A stretch of 64,000 nucleotides of DNA from Podarcis melisellensis (taxonomy: Eukaryota), in NCBI GenBank assembly GCA_964234715.1, contig OZ174278.1; one strand, 5' to 3'. The position numbers and the translations under genes were made by a program. This document shows, one piece after another, positions 48,266 to 60,504 of this stretch (positions are counted from its first letter, which is position 1; each line of letters starts with the position of its first letter). The notes under the pieces were generated by a model. The model searched no databases. It had not been told where the DNA came from and was given only the letters and a program-made list of their open reading frames with translations.

Positions 48266-48989
48266 CTGTAAAAATGTATTGTGATCCGCCCCCTGATACC
48301 AGTAAATCACAAAGAATACCAAGTCCTTCAATTAACACCCTATTTTCATCCTCATTTCTACAGCTGTTTGAAAACGACTTCCCACCAATTCCCCACCACC
48401 ACCAAATTTGCATGTGAACTGGAAAACGGGGTGACATTTCACCAAATATTCTTGGTGGAAGGGGAATAAATTCTGTGAAAGTTTTTCTTTGAAAGTTTTC
48501 TGAGCATTAACCAGATTACATAATGCTGAATGAAATACTGTTAGTTCATACACCCTGACGGAAGCAATGTGCTAGGAGAGGAGATGCCCTGCTTTGGTCA
48601 CAGAAATGGAGATGAGGGAGAATCTGGAGCCACAGGTTAAAAGGCTGGTCAAACTCTGGAAGATTAAGGTGGTAGTCGGGCAATCCAGAAATGCAGGGTC
48701 TTAAGGAGAAGCCAGGGTCAATCACAGTGAGACAGCCCCAAAGTTGATATGGTCCATTAACAGAGTCATGGGACAAAGTAGTCCAAAAGTGGGCAGGTTT
48801 CCAAGAGCAAGTTTTTGACAGGAGTCAGTAGCACAGGGTCAGTCAGAGTAGTAAACACGAACAAAAAGTTGCACAGAACTAATATCATGAATTGTTCCAT
48901 CAATGAAGTCTTAAACTGAGAGCTCACCCAGACCCAGCTGCTACTTCTTACAGTGGCCTTCAAAAGTTCCATGCTTTTGCAGAAGTCTA

Positions 48990-49499
48990 TGTCAAGTACG
49001 GGAGTTCCCTTCTCCCTTCCAGTGGCTCACCGATAAGAATTACCGGTAACAGGCATTTGATAGATTTGTAGTCCTTTTATTCCAGCATTCTGTTACAAGC
49101 ACAAACAGGCAACCCTCCGCCAGGATATCAGTTGCCTACTCTGACTCCTCCCCACTTCCTCAGCAAGAAGCGCGCTGATGGGAAGTCTCCCCCCGCCCCA
49201 CGTCTCCTTTGTTCTCTGATGCGCTCAGACCTCCAAGTTCAGGGGGAGGGAGGGGGTTCCCCCCCACTCTCGATTGATGTATCGCCCAGCTGCTCCCTCC
49301 CTTCTGGTTGCTTAGCTACTATCTCATAGTTGGATAGCTCCTCTCTCAACTGTGCAGCTTCTGTATCTGCCTCTCGCTCTGCTTCTGGAAATGCTGGAAG
49401 CAGGGGTGTGGGTGCAAATTTCCCCCCTCCTCTTCTGTTAGGAACTGATCTCCCTGTGATTGCATTCCTCAATCTTCCGATCCAGCCCAGCCTCTGACA
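48990..49499 (-). mobile_element. Solo LTR (510 bp)
   Basis: TGTCA...TGACA termini, TSD gtcta/gtctg, minus-strand AATAAA near 49076-49081. Confidence 0.7.
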
Positions 49500-49548
49500 G
49501 TCTGTTACTCTGAAGTAATCAGGTACTTCTGGGTCTTAAGGTACATTG

Positions 49549-49951
49549 TGTTGAGAATTCCATTCCACCCTTGCTGCAGATATGTGGGATTGTTACACGT
49601 CACATGTCTGTTTACATTCCAGCACAGATTGCTGTAGTCCCGTGAGTGGAACATCTGCTCTGTATTGCTTTTGTTTTCTCTCTCTCTGAGAAGAACAACA
49701 AGGAGAGAGGCCATGTTTTCCTTTGTCCTGATTTATGTATAATAAATGTGTAGTTTAGTATAGTTTCCACGCCTCGAGCCTGATTTGTTGTGTGTTTGCT
49801 GAATAATGTGTGCTCTTGCATGCACAGCAGCATGAGTCATGGACACACGTTGGAGGAGGATGACTGATGGATCTCCTCAGTGGTAAGGTTGAGAAGGGAG
49901 ACACTCCGGCTGGGGCCAAGCCAGCTGGCTTTCCATCCCATGGTTCTGACA
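49549..49951 (+). mobile_element. Solo LTR (403 bp)
   Basis: TGTTGAGAATTC...CTGACA, AATAAA at 49741, TSD cattg/catca; related to 56511-56946. Confidence 0.75.
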
Positions 49952-51482
49952 CATCAGTGGCTATCTGCCCATTTCTAGGTACATTTCTGCTGCTATCAGG
50001 CAGGCAAGGTTACATGAAAAAGTACCATTGCTGGTTTGATACCCCAATTCATTTGGCCCAAGAGATTATATAAAACCCAGCTTATTGTTGGAAGGAATGT
50101 GACTGTAAAGGTCACATTCCACTTGTGGTGGAGTTGTTCCTTGGTGGAAGCTTTATTGGAGACATCTCATTATAATTAGTAATACTGTAAAAGGTCCAAA
50201 ATTGTGCTGATGACACATATGTTGTCATATGTCTCTATCACTCAGCACTGGAAAATCAGCACTGGATTTACTCTTGGAAATTGGTATGCCAATGCATGGT
50301 TTGTGGATGCCATGGAACAGCTGGCTCATCATCCCCTCTGTGTTGTTAGAGGACAAGGAGAACCATAATATTTTCTGTCAACCTGGTATGACTTTATTTC
50401 TTAAAGCACTTAAACAAAGCTCATGTGAGGAAAAAAGATCCTGGAACAATATCAGAAGCTGTAGGATAAGTCACAAATCTCTTCTCTAATTGCTGTCCTA
50501 ATTCTGTACCAGTTTCTTCGGGTTGCTATTGTAATGCTAGAGGTCATGTTTTCTTCTTGATTTGGACTCCTCCTGCAAAGGTAAAAGGAAATATGATGTT
50601 AATTGTAGTAATTGACTTATTTGGCAAGTTTGGATGTTGTTCTTTATATTTTTCATAATAATTATAATTTTATTGATTGAACCTTTTAAAGAAATTTGCT
50701 TCCCAGTTAAATGATGGTTACCTAAATTTGATTAAAATATTTTAATTGATTAATCTGATTATTCAACTAGACAATACAACACCAGCATAAATGGTTTCCC
50801 ATGTGAATCTGCTCAAATAACATTTATTCATTTTAATTTTAGAAATTAAAATGCTTTTTGACCCTCAGAGGGACACATGTTGAGGAAATATTTGACAATG
50901 CTGAAGTCAAAAGGCAAAGAAAAACTTCGTTACAGATTTTAGTGTTAGCTGAGGTCAATCCCAATGCTATTTTTGCAGAAGGTGCTGGCGGCGGGACCTT
51001 AAATATGTTAAGTGGCAAGTATTTTTACCTGAATCAGAACATCAACAAAAGATTTGGATAGTAAAATAAAAAGTGTAATTATTTTAGACATCTCTGAAGC
51101 TTAATGTAGGAATGGGGAGATATTATTCTGTCATTTTGTGATTGATTACGTTGAAGACTGTGACATGCAGTATAAAAAGGATCACTTTATACATAGACCT
51201 CAAGTTATTTGGGTGGTTGTATGAGTGGCTGGGTGGAAGAAAGGATTCTACTAAAGTCCCCTTTCTCTGCTAACACTCTAATAACTTGACTACTCCAAAA
51301 AGAGTTTGCCCACTTGCCTGCAAAGCTTTTCCCCCAAGCAATGCCCATTGTCTGGTTGGGACTGGCCCCTGGGGAACTCCCACATCTAAGCCCGCCTGCT
51401 TGCAATCTGGCCAATCTGTGGACAGACCACAACACTGCCCACCAATACAGGTGAGCAGACTTACAAGCTAGTATGTGATATG

Positions 51483-51851
51483 AATTGATGCTTTTGAATT
51501 ATGGTGCTGGAGGAGACTCTTGAGAGTCCCATGGACTGCAAGAAGATCAAACCTCTCCATTCTGAAGGAAATCAGTCCTGAGTGCTCACTGGAAGGACTG
51601 ATCCTGAAGCTGAGGCTCCAATACTTTGGCCACCTCATGAGAAGAGAAGACTCCCTGGAAAAGACCAGGGAAAGATGGGGGGCACAAGGAGAAGGGGACG
51701 ACAGAGGATGAGATGGTTGGATAGTGTTCGTGAAACTACCAGCATGAGTTTGGCCAAACTGCGGGAGGCAGTGGAAGACAGGAGTGCCTGGCGTGCTCTG
51801 GTCCATGGGGTCACGAAGAGTCGGACACGACTAAACAACTAAACAACAACA
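51483..51851 (+). mobile_element. Bov-B LINE 5'-truncated copy
   Basis: ORF remnant RVPWTARRSNLSILKEISPECSLEGLILKLRLQYFGHLMRREDSLEKT; (CAA)n tail; 10-bp TSD atgtgatatg. Confidence 0.93.
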
Positions 51852-53316
51852 ATGTGATATGCCAACCTTGTTTTGGAGATCAAAGCAGTAGCATCGGTCC
51901 TCATAGGCAGACACGTTCATATCCATCAATTAGAAGGCAGGGCAAGTATCCAGACCTGTATGTCCAGTTTTCATCCATTTTCCACTTCTGATTTCCAGGG
52001 CAGGTATCCACAGATGTAAAGGGAGAAGAACAAAATAGATCAGGGGAGGGATGGCAAGCCTTACCCCTGCCACTCATCATTTGAGGGACGCCTCCATTAC
52101 ATTTGAAATAGACAAGGGCTCTCAAAATTATTTGATAGAGCAAACCATGTGAGAATTAATATCATGTCAGGATTTGATCAGGAGAGATTTTACAACTGCA
52201 GTAGCTCAGATGACAATATTGATGAACCTAACCTGTTCAGATGCCAAACATTTGGAATCCCTTTAACAGTAAACAGAAGCGCTCCTGCCTACATAAAAAA
52301 TGAAAGCATTGCACAGTAATGTCTTTCTAGGCTTGACATATGGCAATGAAATGCAAACTTTCCCTTTTCTAAAAAAAAAATAGAGAGGAAGTGAAGTGGA
52401 GGCACAGGTGGCTATGAAGCAATCAATGCTTGGCATAAGGGAACTATAAAGACAAGAAGAGAAGGGATAAAGAACTCAGATTGGGCATGGGGCCAAAATG
52501 GAGGATGTAATTAAGGAACAAAATATACCAAGGAAATGAACTGTTACTCCGTCTGGTGTATGAAAAAGCTTGATCGGATGCTTCAGAATAGAAGGCCAAT
52601 CAATAAATAAATTTAAAATCTTTGTAAGAATACTCATTTCTTTCTTTCAGAAGAGGCAAAATGTGTTGGTAAAGTAGAATGCTTATCCATGCTTTCCAGA
52701 AGTGTGTGTACAGATGTATACCTATGCAAACAGAGAGAAGTAGACCCAGAGGAATGTGCAGAATGATAAGGGACGAATTCACGCATTTTTATACCCACCT
52801 TCTTGCCTAATTCAGAAAAGGCTGTATAAAAGCAGGAAAATTCCACGAAATTGACAGTGATTTTGAAAATGGGAAGAGGATTTACATGAAATCTGTCAGC
52901 CACAGCCCTTTTCAGATTATCAGTGCCGAATAAATATGCAAAAAGTGACCATTTATGTGTGTTTGCAGAGTTCCTGATCTCGAGGACAGAATCTGCAATT
53001 CTATATATGTTGAGCCTGTACACACAGGATATTGAATGGGGATGAACCAGGAGCAAAGGCTGCCAGCACAACTACACTTTCTTTCTCTACCACCCTGAGT
53101 ACCATTCATTTAAACCTTCACAAGTCTTGCCTGAAGAAGGCTAGTGTGATATCTAAAAGTATTTAATTGTTTGTGAATTCATTGGCCCAGTTCCTTGAAT
53201 GCAGAAAGGATGTCACTTGGTGCACAGACAGTGTCATAATTTGTGCTATTCATGTACTATTTAGCCAAAGGGAGGGGGAGGGGAAAATTGATTTCAATGG
53301 GCATTGGAACACCTTA

Positions 53317-53542
53317 CACTGGTACCTCAGGTTAAGAACTTAATTTGTTCTGGAGGTCTGTTCTTAACCTGAAACTGTTCTTAACCTGAGGTACCACTTT
53401 AGCTAATGGGGCCTCCCGCTGCTGCCGCGCCGACACTGCACAATTTTTGTTCTCATCCTGAAGCAAAGTTCTTAACCTGAGGTACTATTTCTGGGATAGG
53501 GGAGTCTGTAACCTGAAGTGTCTGTAACCTGAGGTACCACTG
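53317..53542 (-). mobile_element. Tigger/pogo-like MITE, family B
   Basis: TIRs and TA TSD as in the other family B copies. Confidence 0.88.
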
Positions 53543-53932
53543 TAGTTCTGTGCAGAACTGCAGCCCAACCATCATATGAAAATTATTGGAATGACATAAC
53601 ATCCATTTCTGTTACCATTACTAATAATAAATAATAAAATTCCATGGGAGTTGGTTGAGCAATTAGCTTCTTAGGAGGATTGGGTGACACCTGGTTTTCA
53701 ACATTGTGACATATCACCAACTAAACAGTGTGATATATTGATATATTACAACATCTGAAATAATGATGGAGCTATGTAGAGGCATTGGCTGGCTTCATGG
53801 TTTTTCCCACATTGTAATTTATTGCATAGCGTGCTCACACACGATTCACCAGATAAGTTGTCAGGTCTAAAATTATGAAACAGATATCATGATATAGACT
53901 CAAACTGGTTTGGGACAGTCTATTGATATATC

Positions 53933-54217
53933 CCCCTTCATGGATCACTGCCTTGTCGTGGCAAAGGGGCTTGAATAACTCCAAGAAATTATGAGCGATG
54001 CCGTGCAGGGCCACCCAAGACGGACAGGTCATAGCCGAGAGTTTAGACTAAATGGGATCCACCTGGAGAAGGAACTGGCAAACCACTCCAGTATTTTGCC
54101 AAGAAAACTCCATGGGCATAAAAAAGGAGAAGCTTTGAAAGTGAGAGTTTCCAAGGCATGCTCTGGTTCATGGGGTCACAGAGGGTTGAACCCGACTAAG
54201 ACGACTAAGCAACAAGA
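53933..54217 (+). mobile_element. Bipartite Bov-B-derived non-autonomous retroelement, copy 1
   Basis: Bov-B 5' UTR-like part joined directly to a Bov-B-like 3' tail; 11-bp TSD attgatatatc (53922-53932, 54218-54228). Confidence 0.85.
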
Positions 54218-54604
54218 ATTGATATATCACCCTGCCCTAGTATATATTGCTTAAATGTTGGTGGCATTGATGTTCCAAATGCACAGACAAAAATAATGAG
54301 ACCCATTGAACTTGAATCTAGCGTTTCACAGCACTGCAAAGGAAAAATTGACAGGATGAAACTAAATGAAATTCATGTAAGTTTGGTGGGTGTCACCATA
54401 GCTACAGCAGCATCCTAGTTAAGGCAAGTAGGGCAGGCCTATCTAGACTGCCTGCATGTCAGTTGCAATTTCATTCTAACAACTTATCACCCAATGCTAT
54501 GTGTGTAGTCATCATAGCTGTCCTTGAGTAGCTGGGGGGTGGGTGAATTTAGGAAGCTACAAGGGACATCCCTAGTCTCAGTTGTGTTCTGTGTAATCAC
54601 TATC

Positions 54605-55042
54605 AGATGGCTTTTTAAAAGGTATGGGGATAGTCTTATCAGTGGCTATGAACCATCGCAGAACTTAATGTAGAAAAGTGGTAGACCCCTGTAAACTGGA
54701 AGCTGGAGACAAAGAACAGGTGAAGGCCATTGCCTTTTAGCTCTGCTTGTGAGCTTCCAGAGCAAGGCCAGCCCAAGGTATTTTGACACCTGAGGCTGAT
54801 CCCAAAATGTTGCCTCCCTCCTCACCAGGGAAGAAGGGGTGAGAGAAAATCTACATCAGGAACAAGGGAAGAAGAAAGATTAACATCAGGATCTGCTGCC
54901 CTGATGGATCTCACCACCTGAGGTGGTCACCTCGCCTTGTCTTGTGTGTAGGCTGGGTCTAGCACCAAGTAGGCTGCATTTAGAAAGAGAATGCTGGATT
55001 ATATGGCGCTTGGTGTGCTCCTAGGGGCAATTATTATATTCT
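54605..55042 (+). mobile_element. Old CR1 3' end containing a MITE-like insert (about 54763-54961)
   Basis: gatggctttttaaaagg...agaatgctggattatatgg...attatattctt resembles a squamate CR1 3' UTR. Confidence 0.45.
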
Positions 55043-55278
55043 TGTACCTAGGCATTGACCTTATCCAGACTACTGGGCTTGGTAGTTCTCCACCTTGTTG
55101 TGCTTATATTATTGTAAGAACTATCAGATGCCAATGTCCTTGAATCATTGTGCCTTTCTTGGGGCTCATACAGCGTTAACAGCTTTCTTCTGTGCTCCAG
55201 CCTTATCATATATGGGTAGGTCACCTCTCTTCCCATCTCCTACAGGCTCTTTCCTTTGCCTGCCATCATACTTTGTGT

Positions 55279-55368
55279 CATAGCTGTCAACGTTTCCCTT
55301 TTTTTAAGGGAAATTCCCTTATTCCGAATAGGATTGCTCGCAAGAAAAGGGAAAATTTGACAGCTATG
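55279..55368. mobile_element. 90-bp hAT MITE, inverted copy of 40804-40893
   Basis: TIRs CATAGCTGTCAA...TTGACAGCTATG; perfect 8-bp TSD ctttgtgt. Confidence 0.92.
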
Positions 55369-55781
55369 CTTTGTGTGCCTATCTCTTTGAGTGCAGCTCC
55401 TGTAACTCTGTTACATGCTCCTCTCTGTTTATTTAGACTTTCTTGGACTAGAACTTAGCTGGGCTTCCATCTCCTTCTTTATTTAGGTGCCATGGACAGT
55501 TTCATCCACCCAAATAGTATTGCCTGCCCTACTTTTTAATCAGCAATGTCGAAAGCAACACAACGGCCAGAAACCATTACTGTATAGAAAACTTTATGGA
55601 ACAATGCAAAACATCAAATCTATCAAACTGAAGTCTCTGAAAGTCCTTGAATAAGTCACGGTGCCAGACTTTACCTGGTAAAGATCAAGCTTGTAAAGCT
55701 TTGTATAATCAGCAAGTGTCCAATTCTGATGTCCAACTCTGAATTCTGTTGAACAGCGTTTCTGGATAGCAACTACTGTTT

Positions 55782-56195
55782 CATACCTATGGGACCGCCT
55801 CTCCTGGTATGTCCCACAGAGGAACTTACGGTCTTCAAACAAAAACATCCTGAAGGTCCCAGGCCACAGAGAGGTTAGGCTGGCCTCAACTAGAGCCAGG
55901 GCTTTTTCGGCTGTGGCTCCAATCTGGTGGAACACTCTGTCACAAGAGACTAGGGCCCTGCGGAACTTGACATCTTTCCGCAGGGCCTGCAAAACAGAGG
56001 TGTTCTGTCAGGCCTTTAGTCAGGGCACAGCCTGACTCCCTCCTTTGGCAATCTTCACAGAACTTTAGCCTAATGGTTGCCATCAATTTGATTTGAATTA
56101 ATTTTATAATGAAATGATTTTAGAATGTTGTACTATTTTATTGTTGCTAGCCGCCCTGAGCAAGGCTTCTGCTGGGGAGGGCGGGATATAAATAA

Positions 56196-56246
<51 letters not shown>
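55782..56246 (+). mobile_element. L2 3' fragment (second subfamily)
   Basis: YL.DRL...RAFSAVAPIWWNTL coding remnant; (TTA)n tail. Confidence 0.8.
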
Positions 56247-56249
<3 letters not shown>

Positions 56250-56397
56250 TTCTTCATCAGCCAATTAGTTCACCAAACACTCGTAAGTAGAAAGATGTGT
56301 AATTTCTTCATTAATCAATCTTTTTTCAAATTGATATATTATACATGAGAATGAAAAATACTCTGGAACAGTGCTCATACGATTATGTACTTTCTAA

Positions 56398-56411
56398 TCG
56401 CCAGAGGGCAC
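56398..56411 (+). promoter_or_regulatory. CTCF-like motif
   Basis: TCGCCAGAGGGCAC resembles the CCGCCAGAGGGCGC core; motif match only. Confidence 0.3.
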
Positions 56412-56510
56412 GACCGTATGGAGAGACAGTGGGGTCTTCCACATTAAGAAATTGATGTTATTGCTTATATCAATGGGCTGGGCGGTGTGACACACTGTGG
56501 TTGCATACAT

Positions 56511-56946
56511 TGTCAGGAGTGTCCTACACACAAGTAGGCATCTGGTAGAGATGCATGCCTGACTGGCATGTTCTTTCCCTCCTGATCGGTCGGGAGCTTC
56601 AAGAGCTTTCTCCAGCCCAAGCATCACAGTAACTGATACCAACAGGCATCAGCACACTTTAGGACTAGCAAAGTGTTGGCAGTTCGAGTGACAGACTCAG
56701 TAGCGCAGCATTTTGGCTAAACTACTTTATTTACATATAATACACTTGGAGCATTCTAACTCAGCTCCTTCCTCTTCAGCATCAGACAGCAAAGAGAAAG
56801 AAACAAAGGACAAGCATCCTACATCATGGAACACATTAATAAAAACATCCTGTCTCCATCACTTCCCACAATGTGGAATGAAAATATACACTGTCATGTG
56901 ATATAAACAATCCCATGACTGCAAGCACAGGAAAAGAATTCTAACA
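56511..56946 (-). mobile_element. Solo LTR (436 bp) nested in the TIR of a MITE spanning about 56499-57101
   Basis: TG...CA termini and perfect 5-bp TSD tacat; removing it restores ggttgcatacataccatacatttaaa, whose partner is tttaactgtatggtgtgtacacagcc. Confidence 0.8.
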
Positions 56947-57314
56947 TACATACCATACATTTAAAACAAATACCTCTCCCAAAAAAGAATATTGGGAACT
57001 GTAGTTTAAATGCACTGTGAATTATAGTTCGGTGGGGATAAGCAACAGTTCCCAAGTTTTTTGTGGGGTGTGTGCTTTAACTGTATGGTGTGTACACAGC
57101 CTGAGGCACTACATCTCTGTATTTGCCCTGATTCCCACCACATCAAGGCTTAGGAGTCAAACAGTTCAAGGATACCTCTTTAAATAGTAAGTGGCTTAAA
57201 ATTTAAATTTTGTTCATTCAGTCTGGTGGAGGCAGCAGTACAGATTGCCACAATTTATTTATTTGTTTGTTTGTTTGTTTGTTTGTAATAATAATTATAT
57301 CATCCTAATCAGAT

Positions 57315-57615
57315 CCATTCTTAAGGAAATAAGCCCTGAGTGCTCACTGGAAGGACAGATCCTGAAGCTGAGACTCCAATACTTTGGCCACTTCATGAGA
57401 AGAGAAGACTCCCTGGAAAAGACCCTGATGTTGGGAAAGATGGAGGACACAAGGAGAAGGGGACGACAGAGGACGAGATGATTGGACAGTGTTCTTGAAG
57501 ATACCAGCATGAGTTTGACCAAACTGTGGGAGGCAGTGGAAGACAGAAGTGCCTGGCGTGCTCTGGTCCATGGGGTCACGAAGAGTCGGACACGACTAAA
57601 CGACTAAACAACAAC
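57315..57615 (+). mobile_element. Bov-B LINE 5'-truncated copy
   Basis: ILKEISPECSLEGQILKLRLQYFGHFMRREDSLEKTLMLGK; TSD aatcagat (57307-57314, 57616-57623). Confidence 0.93.
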
Positions 57616-59406
57616 AATCAGATTTTATTTTCTCATATTCATAGAAACATAGAATTGTATTGCCCATTTCTACCAGAGACACCCAAGTTTTTAATTATTG
57701 GACGATCATTTTTTTTATAATGAAAATGATATTTAGAAACATGTAATAATTTTATTTTGGCCACCTACAAATATAGAAATAAATGTCCTTCTCTATTTTC
57801 ATTTGATGACAAAATGTATTTTGTCTGCTGAAGATTGAGTGCCCTTTTTCCAAAGGAGCTTCTAGGATTACTTGTTTTGAATGGAGAAATTGATTTTATT
57901 TTTAAATGGTTACTATTTCCAGAGAAACTAAATAAGCCCATCACTGCCTGGTATCATATTCTGCAAGAAAAAGGCATGTGTGCCAATTAAGCAGATTTAT
58001 TCTTACTTCTATTCAGAAGGGCAAATGATTTTTTTTTTAAAAAAGAATGTATTTAACTGGTCCATTTTTTTGCCCTTAATGAAACCTTTAAAGTTTTTCA
58101 GTCTCTAGCTGCTGTGCTACCCATACGCTAGAGATGGAAAAGAAGTCTGTTCACATTTTGAAGGAAACTGAATTTGCTGGACATGGACTTTTTGTGGATC
58201 CATATGAGTACATACATTTTGGGTTAAAGTTTTTCAGGGTACTTCACTGATCGATTTAGACTTCAAGATTGCTCTGCTCTCTGTCTACTCTGTGGATACC
58301 TGGCCTTCCATGAAGGACCTTATAACTTACCTTTGTTGACAGTTTGCCTTACAATGGCTCAATATAGGAGAATTATAAATGCTGGTTTGTTTGAAATGAG
58401 GTTTATATAGCTGAAGGACTTGATATTAATGTGGCGGGGGGACTGGCAAACAAAGACATCAAAGAGACAACATAGAATCAGACAAGTTTTAGAAAACATG
58501 GCTCATCTTTCTTACACATCTAGAAAAGAACCTGGCTATATACTACTAGCAACTCACAGGGACATATGGAAATATACTTTTATTTGAACAAGAAATATTT
58601 GTGTATGTGCACACGCAAATGGGAACTGGACTGTTCTCAAAGAGTGGAAATGAGATTTTCTTTTTGATTATGATTATTGTGAAAATGATGAATCAAGGGA
58701 ATAGGCTGAGCTGTCCATCCTTACTGTAAATACCACCCATTGCAACCCACAAATGGAAGATGCCTCTACAGATGTGAAACATTACAGTGCCCCCTGTGCT
58801 CACAAGGAACTCATATAGGGGTTGCCAAAAATACAGACTAAGATTTAGCGATAGCACTTCTTCAAAAACAAATGAGTCATATGTTCTCTTATTTCCATAT
58901 CAAGAATGAATGAATGTGATCCATTCAATTAGCAACAGCATCAAAATGTGATATCACTGTTTACAGCAAACAGGATACAATGATTTTTTAAAAAATGGTT
59001 TTTGCAGTTCACAAAGGCAAATGGATGATATTTCTCACCCATTGAAAAGAGGGAATCGTCAGAATAGTGACCAGTGAGTTTTGTTCTCACAATTGCTTCC
59101 TCTAGTACAGTTTCCTAAACCTGTGTAAATGTTTTTCTCCCCTTTATGGCTGGCATATTAGAATTATGATACTACTAGGGTCATGTTTGCTTTTTAAAAA
59201 ACCATGTAGGTATTCCAAAGGGAGATTTATTGGATTGTAAAATGGGTTGTGAGAAGTAAGTGTTCTGGTATTGCATCTGCATAGGTCTACAGGATGCAAA
59301 AGTTGCCATCTCTCTTTGGCTTCTCTGTCCCATGAGGCTGAGGTTGCAGGACAGTGGGAAGCCAACACATGAGGACAAATCAACTGTATTATATTAAGTT
59401 AGAGTC

Positions 59407-59687
59407 TAGGGTTGCCATATTTTGAAGAGCAAAAAAGGGAACACTGTGACAACTCTCATGTTAAATATCTCCACTATATGCAGGCAATATAAGCTGTGAT
59501 ATATTGCTGAGAGGGGCAGGAGAAGAGGAGAGGAAAGCAAATCTTCAACTACCAGTTATGTCTATATCTCGTCCATAAAGTATAGCCATATAAATGTTGG
59601 CAAATTTAAAAAAAATCTACCCGTACAGAAATTTTACGCCTGAAAAAGAGGACATGTCCTGGAAAAGGAGGACACGTGGCAACCCTA
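59407..59687. mobile_element. hAT-like MITE
   Basis: TIRs TAGGGTTGCCA...TGGCAACCCTA with subterminal aaaagaggaca repeats. Confidence 0.75.
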
Positions 59688-59883
59688 GATTAGATCAATG
59701 TTCCATCTAACACTATCTGTCACTTCTATATACCTCCAGAAGATACATTTTCCAGCCCCTTCTCATTTAGATAATCTGCTGGAAATACTGGAGGTTTATG
59801 GAATAGGGACTCAAATTAGATAGCTATCTATTGGGAGACAGATTGACAAGTGCAGCAAGCTATGGTTAATAGATCTAATGACA

Positions 59884-59978
59884 AAACAAAACAAAAAAAT
59901 TCCTTCCAGTAGCACCTTAGAGACCATCTAAGTTTGTTATTGGTATGAGCTTTCGTGTGCATGCATACTTCTTCAGAT
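59884..59978 (-). mobile_element. Penelope-like element terminal fragment carrying a minimal hammerhead motif
   Basis: Minus strand atCTGAAGAagtatgcatgcacacGAAAgctcatacc...ggtctctaaggtgctactgg; 10-bp TSD tctaatgaca. Confidence 0.75.
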
Positions 59979-60214
59979 TCTAATGACAGTTAGCTGACGA
60001 AGTGGGAGCATATTCCTGAATTTAGTTTTATCCTTATCTAATGCAATATAAAGGAGCAAGGGGAGATCTGAAAGGAGAAAATGGTTAGCAAATGCAATTC
60101 TGTACATGTCTACTCAGAAGAAAGCCTCATAGAATTTCCTTGGTACTTAGATCAGGTAGGTGTATATAGGATTGAAACTGCCCAGTAGAATCCTATGCCC
60201 ACTTAAGTGAGAGT

Positions 60215-60504
60215 TGTTGTTGTTTGGTCATCTTAGTCATGTTCGACTCTCCATGACCCTATGAACCAGAGCATGCCTTGGAAACTCTCACTTTCTTCTC
60301 AAAGCTTCTCCTTTTTTATGTCCATGGAGTTTTCTTGGCAAAATACTGGAGTGGTTTGCCAGTTTCTTCTCCAGGTCGATCCCATTTAGTTGAAACTCTT
60401 GGCTATGACCTGTCCGTCTTGGGTGGCCCTGCACGGCATAGCTCATGAATTCTGGGAGTTATTCAATCCCCTTCGCCATGACAAGGCAGTGATCCATGAA
60501 GGGG
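60215..60504 (-). mobile_element. Bipartite Bov-B-derived non-autonomous retroelement, copy 2
   Basis: Same 5' end, junction and (CAA)n tail as copy 1; 11-bp TSD taagtgagagt (60204-60214, 60505-60515). Confidence 0.88.

Noticed and set aside
48555-48960. Possible antisense Gypsy-type LTR remnant
   Set aside because: Composition is suggestive, but I could not define termini or a TSD.
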